Assembly: GCA_973895155.1 (NCBI GenBank)
Contig: OZ316891.1
Coordinates: 11,778,771 to 11,842,770, forward strand
DNA from: Marsupella aquatica
Lineage: Eukaryota; Plantae; Marchantiophyta
Reading direction: 5' to 3'
Length of the DNA: 64,000 bases
In this document: in pieces, positions 26,628 to 40,700 of the stretch
Layout of the letters: the number at the start of each line of letters is the position of its first letter
How positions within the stretch are numbered: the stretch's first letter is position 1
The notes under the pieces: model-generated
Told to the model about the DNA's origin: nothing
The model's database searches: none
What the model saw: only the letters and a program-made list of their open reading frames with translations
Program-made: the position numbers and the translations under genes

Positions 26628-29564
26628 TTTGAGCTACTGAGGAGCCCTAATCAATCAATCTCTCAAAGGCACACGAACCGGATATGCGTGACTGTGGGAT
26701 AGACAGGTGCGAACCGGATATGCGTGACTATGGGATGGACCTCAAAGTTGTCAGATCCGCTGCAAAATCCTTGACTCTGACTTTTTAGCCCATTCAATAC
26801 CAATGTTTCAGAATCTAAGTAACAATTAAATCCAATGTCAGTAGATGATCTAGGTATGATCCTAGGTGCAGGCAGATAAGAATCCCACCTCCTAAGACGA
26901 GAGTTCTGTACTCAGTGCTACCTAACCTGAAAGCTTTATAGTGCGCGTACCCCGAATCCAGGCAAAGAAAGAGGTAATCAGTGTACAGGATTCCGACGTG
27001 AGGTGCAGACGTGACTACAGTGACGTACTGCCCCGAAAACCGTTCCGCGTAACACTACGCCATTGCATAGTTTCAATTGCGAGTTCTCAGAGTATAGGCT
27101 TAGACTTGTCATAGTAACTTCATGGTGCTCTGTTATGCAGTGCCCTTACCCGTTCTTTGGGATTCGTCATTACTTAGGATTTAGCAAGTTGGAAGTCGAG
27201 TACTAGCATTGTAATCGTCCAATCATCATACTTCTTTGAATGCACTGCAAGCTTCCGGACCCGCTTCCGGATTTTGATATTTTAGAAGTTTTTGTATCCT
27301 TGCTTTGGAGAATTTAAATAGCATGGCATTTGTTTTGTCACTGGAGATATATGTTGGCTTGGGCTATATTATTTTGTAGCACTCGTGGAACTGCAGTCTG
27401 TGGTACTTCCTTGCATAGTGTAATGCGTAAAAAAAAAGACATACTTCGGGTACGCATCGTGTTTTGTAGAATTTAAAGAAATGAAAATTCACGACTCACT
27501 CGAGATCGAGTTGAACATATTATATTATGTTTCCTCGCGTCGTCTGTAGCAAGCATTGATTGTAGTCCATCGTAAACAACTCGTCACAATTTCGTGAGAC
27601 GGTCTATTCAAATACGAACGATATATCTCAATTAATGCCTAAATAATGGAGGGCCATTAATTTCTGGAAGCTACCGCAGACGAATTGTTGCAGAGTATGC
27701 TGTATCTGTCTTACGGACTTGTGGTGTTGTGGGGGAGGTGAGGGGGGAGGAATGAGGGTTCGTGGAATTTCTGGTGCCTGTAATATTTTCAGAATTCTGG
27801 AGAAGGTTCGTTTAATTTCTCTAACGAATGGCATACTTGCCAGAATTAACATAATTATGGAGGCAACAGTTAGTTGCCAGCCACCGTGAGACATTTCGCG
27901 TTGCATAACGAGATCGAGCTCCCACCCTTGTACAGTAGCTGGCCTTGGACAGCCAGGCAGGAACGAGGGCGTTTCGTTTCGAGAGCAAAAGAACCCTTGT
28001 TCGGACTCGGGCTTGGCGTACCAAAAGGTAGGAGTACGACTACGTGTCCAGTTCAGCACTAGAGCATCGCACGTCAATGCCAATGATTACGGCAAGCTAT
28101 TTCCGTGAGTTGTGACATATGTCCCGTTGACTACTATTCGTCTTTCTTTTCTTGAAATGTTAGTGAAGGACGTCTTGTGGGATGCGAGCACAGATAATAA
28201 TTTTGCTAGTTAGTAGACTATTGCTAGGGAGTCACAAGAGTGATTCTCAATGCCACTTAGATTTTTGCTGACCTTTGCATCTCTAGTGCACTAGCTCAAG
28301 GCCAGTAGGTTACACACAAGACGTTACACAGACAATGTCAGACCTTTCGGTTAAGAGATTTGAAACCAGGTTTGGGTTAGCTAGGCACTAGTTTGCTTGC
28401 CAAGCTTGGGGGTTTCACTTCAATCCCGCTTCAATCCCTACAAACAACAGATCATGTGCAAGGAAGAGTCAGGTAAATGTAAAGCGTACTAGGGTCATTT
28501 AAATTGTTTCCAAGCAAAGAATCACAAGTTTTGCATTTTTGTAAAAGAACATTTATTAGGATCTTTTGAATCCAATATTAAGATTCATAAAAATGGAGGT
28601 TTTTTTAGCCAGGTTTAGAATATTACAACAATATTCCAAACTAACAGGTTAAAAAAAATGAATACAAATTTTAATTTATTTTGCGAACCCCACATATGGG
28701 GGAGACAAGCAGGCCAGAGGCATCAGTCAAGACATAAAGGGGGAGTTGAATGGGTCAGGGGAAAGAATCAGCCACTGAAACCTTGCCCCAGAATTGCCAG
28801 TACATCATCCTAGTTCAGAAGATCACACAATCAGGTCTGGAACAAAGCTCTCAAAGAAAACCAAACAAACTAGTGTGATCGTTGCAGCCAGATCTATCAC
28901 AATCCCTAAGTATCTGAGAGCAGCTATAAGGTACACTGGAAGCTATTCCCTATTTGATTATAATCGCCTAACACCACTACGGATGATCATCACTTGTTCT
29001 GCTTCCAATAATTCAGCAGCACATACCAAATGCCGGTGTTTCCGATTGGAACCAGAAATCGCTATTTCAGCTTTCATGTGATCTAAAGTCTCAGATAAGA
29101 TCACAATTCATTTGCATCAAATACTCTTTTCCTAGTCAAATCAAAGGTCAGTGCGTTAGGATCAAGCTAATCCGCAGAGTACTAAGGGGGTTCCTCCTTC
29201 TAGCAGATAGCAGTGTGTCAATCAATCCCATGTCCTCACCAACAATTAGTCCAAATTAATAGGTTTAAACCACTCCCAAATTATTCCTTAAGTTTTGGAT
29301 GCTTGAGCCAGGGTTTGAGCCTTCAAAAATTTGCATGTGATGGGGGCTCCATATAGTGAGACCCCCACTAGCCAAGTGAAGTATATTTAATAGGGTTTCC
29401 CTCTTAATAATTATGAGAAAAAACCTATGGTGCTATAGCTAGAGATTTTTTCCCCTGCAATACACACATTTTTCTTGCTTGCTTGGACACTACAACTACC
29501 CTTACCTAAGATTTTTTCCAATAGGTTTTTGCTAGAGGGCCCCTTGACACGCGTGAAATATTTG

Positions 29565-30040
29565 TTTGTTGTTGTCTTGAACATAAATGAAGAAGTCTAA
29601 CACTTAGTAAGACTCTCCCTACCCCAATAGTGACATACATTCATTGTAAGGAATCCATTTCAAGGTGGCCCCCAAGCATCCAACCTTGTTGTTGTCTTGA
29701 ATGGAAATGAAGAAGATCACTTAGAGGATTCTCCCCACCCCACTAGTAACATACATTCATTTTAAGGAATCCATTTCAGGGTGAGCCCCCACACATCCAA
29801 CCGGGCATCCGACATGCACGGACCCACGCCAGGAGGGAGAGAGGATTAAAGCAGAGCCACAAAGTGGACACCAGGGGCTGAGTAAATAATCAGAACTCCC
29901 ATGCACTACCCACAAAACCCATCCCATCCACACATAATTATCCTTCACAGTCACCTCTTTGTTTGGAGTGGGGACTGATTGAACCTAGGACCTTTCAATT
30001 CCAGGCTAATAATCCCCTAGCTATAGCCAACTGACCTTAG
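29565..30040 (-). mobile_element. Putative tRNA-derived SINE copy, with an adjacent duplicated 3' part
   Basis: The minus strand reads an A/B-box-like head (TAGCTAGGGG...GGTTCAATC), then a body TGTGTGGATGGGATGGGTTTTGTGGGTAGTG, and ends CTTCTTCATTT..TTCAAGAC plus a (CAA)n tail. It is homologous to the copies at 33765-34335. Confidence 0.55.
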
Positions 30041-33000
30041 CTAGTTGGTTGTCAGTGGAATATTTTCTTGATCCAATACATTTACATATATTCTGCAATG
30101 CTCCAGGGTGACTAGAATGGGATCTCCATGTGTGCAAATACAATTTTTTACTAATGCCCAGCCATACCTTAAACCACATTGAAAATTTTCTCTTTGTACT
30201 TCTTTAGTACTTTGTATTGCAGGCTCATTCGAGGTTGCCACCGAGTAGTGTTTTAGGTTTTCATTTACTGTTGTGGAGGGGCCCTTGTTTGGGACTCTTG
30301 GGCTTTTGGCTCATTGGATTTTCTGAGTTTTCTCCCATGTGTTGGGTCTCCTCTCTATAGGACAGTTTCTCCCAGATAGGTGCCTCGAGATATATTCAAG
30401 CCTTTTGTAACACTCAAACCAGGCTGGCTTACTTCTTCACTGACAAAAGTACATAAGCTTTTTTGGCAGTGTGATATGTACTCAAGCCTTTTGTAACACT
30501 CAAACCAGGCTGGCGTCGTCTTTAATGACAGAAGTACAGATGTAGAGAAGCAGGGAAGCTTGACGGAGAGGTTGGTTGCTTCTTGCTAAAAGTTCAATCA
30601 TTGATTGCAAGTAGGGCATAGCAAATGCACCTTGACCGCCACAGATGCTATGCAATCCACTAACATTACACTTAGAAGGCCAGAACTTGAAGCTTTGGTA
30701 CTCTTACAAATATTAGTGCCTCCTAGATGGTCCCCTGGAGTGGGGTCTAGATACTACAAAATGGTCTTAGCACTTTCCAAACCCCATTAATAAGCTCGTC
30801 TGTGGGTTGTCATATGTTGGAGAAAGGATCTTAGAGTGTTTAATTGAGCCAAGAGAATGAGTGATCATTTTTGTTTCTCTTTCCTCACCGAAGTTCTCCC
30901 AGAAAACTTGCCATTGGTGAGCAAAATGATGGGATTTAGTAGCTTTGATATGAAATGTCATGAACTGATAAGTCTTACAAAACATGAATCATGTTTTGCA
31001 ATGATATAGTCCAATTAACATTCCATAGACAACAAGTTTTTGGATTCAGCCATACAAATAATAAATCCAATTATGTGCATGTCACAATGAGTTCTTAAGA
31101 GAAGCATATTGTGCAAAGATTGTTTCATGAATATGTGCATTAGCACCCAGAAAATGAATTCATAAGTGGGAATGACTTCAGGCTTGTAGCTCCCTAGTTA
31201 AAAGTGTTCAGATCTTGCATGAAACAAATCCAAGTAATGCAATTTGTGTATCATATATTTCCACCGTACATAACGAACTGCAAACGAACAAGTGCGCCAA
31301 ACCGAAAACAGGATCCCAATGGCACGACACCCAATAAAGGGGAGAAAAAAAGGGACATACAATTTCCAAGCCATTTCCATTCATAGGTGCTCCAAAGACA
31401 GGGGACCCGATGACAAGGGAAAACCCAATTTCCATTCACAGGGTTTGCGGCTCAAATCCCAACATGTCGCATACGTAGTAGTTCATGCACCGTGTTATTA
31501 TACTTGTAGCATCTCCAGCTGCAGGTTATTCCAGGGAGCGCTGTCTCGGGATCATGGGGCATTGCGTGAAGTAAAGTCAGTGACCCTTTGACTAAGGAAG
31601 CCTTCCTGACTGCTAGCTAAGTGCTGCTTTGACTGAGCCTTCATGACAGGCTGCCAACACTCGCAGTGCCCATTAACGTTCCTAAACTCGCAGTGTTAGG
31701 AAAACTCGCAGTGACAGGCAAACGCTGGAATCGACGCAGACAACGTTAATGGGCATTTAGAAGCACCAGTTACCAGTAGCTACGCTGGGCATAAAAACTG
31801 TTGATGTCTCCGACATTGAGCCGGCGACACGCTTGCGTGCTCAAGTGTCTCCTTGTTAACGCGTATACAGCTTTAGAAGCTTGAGCTGGCGGGTCGACTC
31901 ACTGTTCTATCCAAAGAAACCTAGATTTGGGGGGGGGGGGTGTATATATACAAGCAATTTACGTTAATCTGAATCAATTAATTAACGTAAATTTCGAATG
32001 AATCAATTTCGTCGATCGCTCAACAGAATAAATCGTATTTGAATATTTGTCACGGACGGACCAATTTTGTCAATTCTTCAACTTACTGAATCAATTTCGC
32101 TTTCAGAATCGACTACGTACGTCAATTTTATCGATCCATTGAATCAGTTTTGCTTGACTTAATTTAGTCGTCAATTTTGTCAACTGGACCAATTTCGTCT
32201 GACGCCATTAACTTTCTCATCTTGGTTAGTTTGATTTATTCAGTAAGCAATTATTTTTCAACAGTATTTTGTTTGATCATTGGGAAGATCACCGCTGCTG
32301 TTTGATTACGTAAGTATGATACTCCAGTCAGCGGAGAAGCTTATACTATTGTGGTGGCGTGACCGGACGAAGAGAGTCATTGGAGACTTAGAAATAGGTC
32401 TGATTGAAAAACAATTGTGCATAGAGCTGTCCGCTCTCATGGGAGCCAAATCTATGGCAACGAAACAAAAGGCTTACTCAAGACTGATTCCCCTTAGCAG
32501 CAGCTAGAGCCTACGTCCTCCAGTTCCCTAACGAAGCAATTATCTGAGCCAACCTCAACGTCAAGCACCTTCGATCCGGGCAGTGGTAATTCTGGTTCAC
32601 GAGTGGAGGACAGCACCTTTGTCGTCGCCCTCCGGCCGATCCCCAGCCGTTCCTTTCTCTCACTAACTCCCAAATCTTCATTCAGCATTGTCCACTGCTG
32701 CGTTTTGCGCTTATTTTGAGCTTGATTCTGCTGTACAATGCTTTGTTTCCTTTGTTTCGGTTTGGAGCGAGGTCTCCAAGTAGTCCAAGAGAGGCTTGAT
32801 TGCAGGTCTCATCCAGCTGAAATACTCGGTTACAGAATCAAGATGAGTCAAGGCACATGGAGCCGCCTGCAGTGGCCAAGGAGGGTCAAGATTAATGACG
32901 TAACGTGCTTAACAGATTACTACTGATGCACACTTAACAGTTATTGACACCGATTGTAAATCGTGCTGTTCGACGAATATCTTGTGTCGTTGTAATTGAA

Positions 33001-33514
33001 TCAGAATTCTGGCATCTATAATACTTGGCCGGGAAATTTGTGACGCCCAGGTATCAGTTTTTGTTCGCAAAAAGTTTTAAGTCCTTCGACCTGTTAGCAG
33101 ATGCAGCCTATTGGCTGCGGGAAACGGCCTATTGGCTGCTCGAAACGCTCTATGTGCATAGAAAAGCATTATGATAATACTTCTATCAAGCTATGGATAA
33201 GGCATTGTTTGTTGTTGTTTTACACTATGTCCCTTGGTATGACCCGTAATACTTCTCGATTTTACTCAAATTTATTCCGTGTATCCGGAGAAGTTTGGTG
33301 AGGATATCAACTGGACACTTCCCATTGTCCATGACAAAACCTGGACACACAGTTTTTACCATTTTAGTTAATTTTCCCTGGAGCAAAATTTCACCCTCTA
33401 GAGTAAAGGAATGTGAAAAAGGGAAAAATCTTGTACATTTCTCCTTTTATATGGCCATTGGTGGTTTAGACAAATATCCCCCCTAAAACTCTCTCACAGA
33501 TGAAATAGTACTAG

Positions 33515-33660
33515 ATCTTATGTGTTTGGGTGCTGGCATACAAAACAAGTCTTTTGGCGAGCATCACAGAGCCAATGTTGTCACAGTGAAGGTGAATATT
33601 TTTGAGAATTGGAGTAGAAGAAATGGAGAGATCGGAGAAGATGACGAGGTGTTTGCACTG
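33515..33660 (-). pseudogene. Ty1/Copia RNase H remnant
   Basis: IHLHCDNIGSVMLAKRLVLYASTQTH resembles the Copia motif LxCDNxSAIxLAxNPVxHARTKHI. Confidence 0.6.
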
Positions 33661-33764
33661 AAGGGGACGGTGATGGAAGTGATGAGAAGTCGACACAGAT
33701 ACACTGCTTCTTGGACTTATTCTACAGTCTGCTGCCACTAAAAATGTCAATCAAGGTGATCCAA

Positions 33765-34335
33765 TCAGTTGGCTAAGGGATTAGCCTCAAACTCGGTTCA
33801 ATCCCCCCTCCACACACCCTGCACACACCCATGGATGTGGACGGTACACTTATGTGGGTGGGATGGGTTTGGTGGGTAGTGGATGGGACTTCTGATAACC
33901 TAACTCCTAAACCCCTGGTTGCCCACTTTGTGACCCTTATTTAATACTCTCTCCCTCTTGGTGCTGGTCTCTATGGGATCAGTGGGGGCCATCCTAGCTC
34001 CCCTAGCTAGAAGATTAGCCTAGACACTCCAAGGTCCCAGGTGCAATCCCCCTCCACACACAGGGGTGTGGAGGATATATGTGTGTGGGTGGGATGGGTT
34101 TTGTGGGTAGTGTATGAAAGTCCTGATTATCTCCTAGGCCCTAGGTTGCCCCCTTTTTTACCTGATTTAATATTCTCTCCTTTCTTGGTGCGGGTCCTGT
34201 TGGATCAGTGGCCTGGGCTTCTAGGCAGTCCATGGCCCGGGAATGGGTCTCTTACAAAAGATGTGTGTCTCGATATGGGGGTGGGGAGAGTCTACTAAGT
34301 GTTCTTCTTCATTTCCTTTCAAGACCAAAAAAGAA
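33765..34335 (+). mobile_element. Two tandem putative SINE copies (first 3'-truncated), same family as 29565-30040
   Basis: Shared head (GATTAGCCT...GGT(T/G)CAATCCCC), shared body (GTGGGTGGGATGGGTT..GTGGGTAGTG) and 3' end CTTCTTCATTTCCTTTCAAGAC followed by an A-rich tail. Confidence 0.55.
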
Positions 34336-37300
34336 AGAAAGAAATGTCAAGTGAGTTTCCCAGTTCATTTCCTTTCAAGACCAAAACAGAGAAATGTCAC
34401 TCCGGTGATTTTCCCAGATGCAACAGCAAAGACATAGTCTCAATGGAATGATTGAGCTGATCAAGCAACTTTGTAGCGCCTTCCTGGATTCCCGATGCAG
34501 AGTTCATTTTCCAATTCCCGGCCTGTCACATTTGGACCGGTCTACATTTAGCTTAGGGATGATTGGGGGGATGATCTGGCCTGTGACGTTCAAGTCTGTG
34601 AGGACAAGTGTCCTACAAAAGTTGCTATACTGGCAGATCACCCCGTGCACAGATAATATATAAATATTGAGATAAAATCCCTATCAAGCTACGCTACAAT
34701 AATTAAGCAATCTAGTATTAATCATGATAACGTAAAAGAACCACAGTTGACAGTCATGTCCCAGACGGTATGCGCAACTAAGCGCACAGGAAAGATAGAG
34801 AATGATCCCAAAGAATACACTTTGAAGTGGTCGACTATAAGAAGTTATTTGTTCGGTCCTCGTGCCAACGTATATTAATTGTGAATGAGCGTGCCAATAA
34901 TATGTCCATAAGACCTCATGCATGGTTTCAGAATCCCAGATTGTAACTAAAGCGTCTGTTCTTATACCCTCAAATCACAATGTTCCGAGCTTGCTGACGG
35001 GATGTTGTGGTACTCAAGTTTGAGCGGCTAGAACGATCACGACTTTCGTGGATTAGCCTCTTTTGTTCGTGGACTGCAATAAGTCTGCACGTCCATCATC
35101 AATCATAGAGATGCAAAGTATACAGTGCTGAGTGCTGGCTCGAAATGATCCGGATAGAGGCTGTGCCACTTTTAGATAAAGCTACCAAGTGCATTATTGA
35201 GAAGTCCTTCACTTTATGAACCTCGCTTACTTTCCTCACTTCTCATATTGTCCAGGTATGTAATCATTCAAGATTGCTACATCCTTTATTCCCGTTTGCT
35301 GCACCACTAGAAACTCCTACCGCCTAGGTCCTAGGGATCAAAACGAAAAAGGAAACAAAAAAATAGTGGTCCTGCAAGCTAAGGTGGCCAAGGTGACTTG
35401 TGACCAGGAGGGTCAGATGAATTTTCAGCTTCAATCCCCACCCATACAGTTCTGATCTTATATATCTAAATATGGTTTCTATGTAAAACTGATTGGCTTA
35501 AATATGTTATGAGTCATAGGCACTTACGATACTTGTACTAATTATGTAAAAATATAAATCAACCAGGGGTTTTCCATGCCTGCAAGATAGTTGCACATCT
35601 TGTCAAAAGAAGTCTCCCCTTTTGAAAAAGAGAATTCTACCATAGTCATAATTTGTCTCCTGCCAAGACAAGTTAAATGCCATGACTAACTACAGTGAGT
35701 CTGCCAGGCATAAATCCAACATGTATGTGTAAAACGTGCTTCACTGCAAGGCGAAGACTTCTTTCACAATATTTACTAACTTTTTGAAGTGTGCTTTTCC
35801 TTCCAATTTCATTTGTAAAGTGGGGTAACAGTTACTTGCTATTTACCCACAAGTGCAAGAGGCATGAAAGGTGCCTTTATTGACAAGTGTAGCACATATT
35901 CACATAGAATATATTGCAAAAATCCATGAAATATGTTGCGGTACTACCTATCCTTTAGGCAGAGATAAGAGTAACCTTCGAACAGAGGGTACTTGCAGCA
36001 TAGTTTTTCTCTATCCTGCAAGATCAATAGGATAATTGGCACTTATGATATAATTATGCGAAGAAGTCTAATAGCGTCCCAAAGCCTTAGGCTTCTATAC
36101 TTTAGACCGCATTGATGAAATCTTAAGTTCCAACTAACCAAAAGACAGATCCCTGAACCAGGGTAGTTTCAATGGCAAAAATTCGTCAAATTTCACCTCC
36201 TACCGAATCATTAGCCAATTTTTCATCACACGAGAAGGTCCAGCCACAGTCTAACGGTTCTACTTAAATCTAATCTATGGAGATCTCATTGTGCATTGTA
36301 ATTAATAGATCGAATAAATCTATGTAATGAATCCTCTCATGAAATATTACCCTCCTTCGAATCCGAAAAAAGATGTCCAACGAAAAGGGCACAGAGCGAC
36401 GGTTCACGACAAAGAGCGAGCTCAAAAGGAGAAAAGATTGCAAAGCAAACTCATAATAGCCACTCCTCTCTCGCATCTCTGTCCAATCATGGGCACATAG
36501 TATCAATCTTGATTTCCATAAAGGACAATGGGAGGAGGGACATGTCCTTTAACGCACCCACTGATATAATTATATATCCGTGCTACTTATGGATAGGTTG
36601 TACCTTTAAGAGTACGATAAGTATCGTGAGGTACAGGTCGAGATTCGTACTTTGGGACCTGCGACTCCACACTACAGCTGTACGTGATAGCAAATCTTTG
36701 ATCGTCCAAACTTGAATAATTGCAAGATCTTTCGAGGCATATACTGTCATTATTTTATTATTGTCCCATCCAGCCATTTTTTCTTCTTGTTTTTAGACAT
36801 TAGCCAAGGTGGCCAATATGTTACCCTTCAAACAAGCATAGGTCTGGTCATGGAGTGTTTTTTTTCCAATTATACAGTGCTTTCTGATTGTAGAGTATTT
36901 CTTGGCTAACACTCCCATAGTGCATTATGTGGTGGTGAATGGAACAGAATTTTCTAATTTTTAGCCTGCCTTTTAGGTAAGTGATTGGCTAAGTTTAGCC
37001 CACAAAAGAATGGCTGGTCCCATCTATTGTAGAAGACAACCAACTCAACTATCTTTAAATTTCAAGTCATAGAGTATGCAAACTCATCAGAATTCTTTGA
37101 AATTTTGTTTTGTACAGTCCAACCTATTTGTAAGTACCTCAGCCCATACCTGGGTAAGATCTTGAACCTGCTACAACAACTGGGGAAGGTGTTTGATTGA
37201 TTGAGACACGTTAGTTATTTCATAGGACTGTTGGGGATAACCCTTATCCCAAGACACCATGCACATGTAAACACCATACAAAGTAATCGACACAGCGAGT

Positions 37301-40300
37301 ACATGGTTCACCTCATGATTGAGGCTACGTCCACGGGAAAGCAAGAGACCTTTACTTCTCTCTTGCTCCACTCCAACAATGAGCTGAAGATCCACCAGGG
37401 ACTGGCACCAGCCCTGGCTATATACACAACACTACCGCTAACCTTAGCTAAGTCTTAACCTGAGTTAGCCTAACTGTGGTTAGTTATAGAGTCACAAGAC
37501 TAAGAGCAATACCTAACAAGGACCTGTGAGGTTTTGGGTGCATTGATTCAAGGGGTCCCATCAAGAAAATATCTTGCTACTGGGAGTGTAAGACCCCCAT
37601 TCAAGATAGACCCCCATTCAAGATAGCCAACAACTTTACTGTAATTCAATTCTAGTACACCTTTCCTTAATATTGTAATTGGATTGTACTACACATCCTA
37701 AAGGATGCAAGTTAGGTTGATTATAACATAGACAGTAATTTAGTAAGTCAGTCCGTTTCCAGCCAAAACTTTGAATGCACAAAGATAGCAATTATATGCT
37801 TGTAGATACTTTTAGGTCAATATCTACTCTGCTATAGAGTTGTGACTGTTGTCAAAGTGGAAGTATATAGGGCATGGGGAGAAGGCCAAAAATGCATACT
37901 AGGAACATACGGGGCAAGGGTGTTGGGTAGAATAAGAATCAACTCTCCTGCCATTTGGTGTTCTCCCTCAATCTCTAAACCCCACCAGTTCCCCTTTCCC
38001 TTTTTCAATTTTCCTTCAATTCCCTTAGTACCCCCTCCCCTCATGATGTTCCTTTGCCCAACATACCCTTGCCCCATATATGGGCAGGAACAGCTACCAC
38101 CCTCTGGGGTTTCACTTCCATAGAAATGACACATCACGTGCAACGAAGAATATGGTAGTTTTATTGATTTGAAGGGAACACTTAGAAGTTGTTGTGAAAG
38201 AACATTAGGGTCTTTTCAATCCAATTTTGAGTCTTGTAAGAACATCAGGGTGCAATACTTAAAAGCACCGGAGTGATAGGGGAGTGGTGGACCTAGCCAC
38301 CCAACACCCTCACCAATCCCAACACTCAAGCCTAAGTGCCCTTGGTGCCCGAACGCCTCCACAAAACTCCTAGAGCAAGCAACTTGATGCCCCTTGCACT
38401 CTCTCCCACACCCTGGGCCCTCAGTCTTAACTAATACGTGAAGGACGTGCGAATGCTCGAAGGGTAGTTTTTATTAATTTTGAACTAATAATTATAATTA
38501 TTACCGGTAATAAGGGAACTTTTAATAGTAAAATGGAAATAACAAGGGGTAAACAGGAAAATGGCCCGATCGCAGGGGGTCCACTTCTTTTACACGGAGT
38601 GAGGGCCCAAGGCTCCCACACAAAGTTGCACTTGCTCCCTAACATGACCGTCGTTCAACGGCCCTCATTGTCCACACTCCGATAAGTAACCCAAAGGATC
38701 GAGGCCTTCCAAGACTAGCATCCTAACTCAAGCACAACAGACATTGCTAAGTAGGTCAGTGAATATATAGAACCTCCTTGGCCTGCATGGCCTTGCCATA
38801 AGCCGGAGCCAAACCCGACACCCACCGATTGTCCAGAATGGCCCCTCTTTGGGTGCAACCAGTGCTCCCCCTCGTTCCAAGCCTATTTTTCACTAGCTGA
38901 CCGCCCTGCCAGGACCCAGGCTTGTCCTAAAACATCGAGACCAGAATGACCCCAACTCTAGCAACCAACTCACGATTTTCACTCAACTGGTAGCCTAGGG
39001 GCCAAGTGCACTTGGAATTCAACCTCCATGCCTACTTGGCCTTGCCTCCCCATTCAATGCAAGCTCTGATGGGAAATTGAACGTTGCTTGGCTGCTATTT
39101 TGACAAGATTTGGCAAGGGGGTGAGATAGCCCCAACAAACCCCAAGAATCCAGGATACCCCAGACCCAACTAAGCTCAGGAAAATGTATTCCTCCTCAAG
39201 ATCTTTCCAATGCAACCAAAAAGCCCCCCAACGGACTTCTCGTGAAGAAGTTATTTTTGTTTTTGTTTGACATCTCCACTTGTAGTCGCGACCGCCATGG
39301 CTCACAACTTGGGCTCGCCCTTGGCCACCAGGGAGACACCACTCCCCTCATATATGCTACTAGAGACCTGCCACCCCTGGACCTATTTTGGTCCCCAGAT
39401 TTTGGCCCCCCACTTGGACCCCAACCCGCATGGATGGGCACGCATCTAACTTGCTATGTCCATAACTTTCTAGCTAGACGTACATAGGTGGAGTGCCTTA
39501 GCCCGTTGTGATTGGGCCAACCCAGTGCTCATGCCTAGGCCCTCAAAACTTGTCATCACTTGGGTGTCCCGGGCGACCGCACTTGGGCTACGTTGTATCT
39601 CATGTGCCAAGCATGTGTTGTGCATGAAGTAAACTTCGTTAGTCTTGGGCCCAAGAGGAGCTTTCACTCAAACCCTCAGAACTAAAACTCCATTTGGGGG
39701 CTTGTCCAAGGGTCCGGATGGTCCACCTTGAGACCGGCCCCTTCCCATGACCCAACCAGCCCCAATCTAGTCTAGGTCCTTAGTGTGCGTGACCAGCTTA
39801 GCGCCTTGCCTTCGCTATTGCAACGCCTTGTTGCCCACTAGTCACCCCATATGTAGTCCTCACAGGATGACCGTTCCGTGACTTGGACCATAGAGGAGCT
39901 CGGCGTCAAAGTCAACGACGTCGGAGCTAAATGTTAAGGTAGTCGAGTTCCACGACTGGGGGCCTCTATTTAGTGAGACCCCCAAGCTATCACTGGTACT
40001 GCCCGGGGCACATACCCACCCATAGGCATGCCTAGACTCCATATATACATGGCTGCTAGTGTTTACCATCTTTGGAACAATCCAGAAAAGCAATCACAAG
40101 GTGGCCAGCAAATATCCTCCCTTGCTGGATTTGTAACAACACTACTCCATACCCCTTATTGTAGATTTTCCTTGTGGTGTTTTTCTTTAATTAGTACTAA
40201 TCAATGGGACCCTTCCTAGACAAGCTCTTTTAGGGTGACACAAAGCCCTTGAACCTTAAAATCAAAATCCTGAAATCAAGCAAGTCTATAGTCCATTATT

Positions 40301-40379
40301 CTGTCAACATCAACTCTTCTCAGATTTTTCTTTTAAAGAATTTAAATAGACAAGTAAACCCGGTCCATTCTTGAACGTG

Positions 40380-40700
40380 TGCATAAAATATGTTGCACAA
40401 AATATGTTTTGCGAAAAAGACATCATTGCACAAAAGATGTTCTTGCATAAAAGACGACATTACGCAAAAGTATGTGCAAAATGTCATTGGGTAAAAGATA
40501 TTGTTGCACAAAAGGTGCAAAAGAGTGAATTAATGATGACTTTGTGCAAAAGATGTTGTACACAGAGTAATCAATGATTTCATGTAAAAGATTTATAGGT
40601 GTTGCATACAAGATTTGGTCGAGTAAAGACATAATTATTACACAATTTATACAAGATTCGGTTGAGTATGACATTGTTTCACAATTTATATAAGATTTGG
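40380..40700. repeat. Degenerate AAAAGATGT/TGCACAAAA minisatellite-like tract
   Basis: Recurrent AAAGATGT(T/C) cores, the reverse-complement flavour of the 16660-17575 tract. Confidence 0.45.

Noticed and set aside
27628-28083. 151-aa minus-strand ORF
   Set aside because: No recognisable motif or exon structure; cannot be supported as a gene.
28500-36200. Possible LINE or hAT transposase remnants (about 28.8-29.4, 30.6-31.1 and 35.5-36.2 kb)
   Set aside because: Translations gave no convincing conserved motifs; a translated search would be needed.
37100-40150. Possible LTR/retroelement remnants in GC-richer patches
   Set aside because: No paired LTRs, PBS or coding motifs could be identified by eye.
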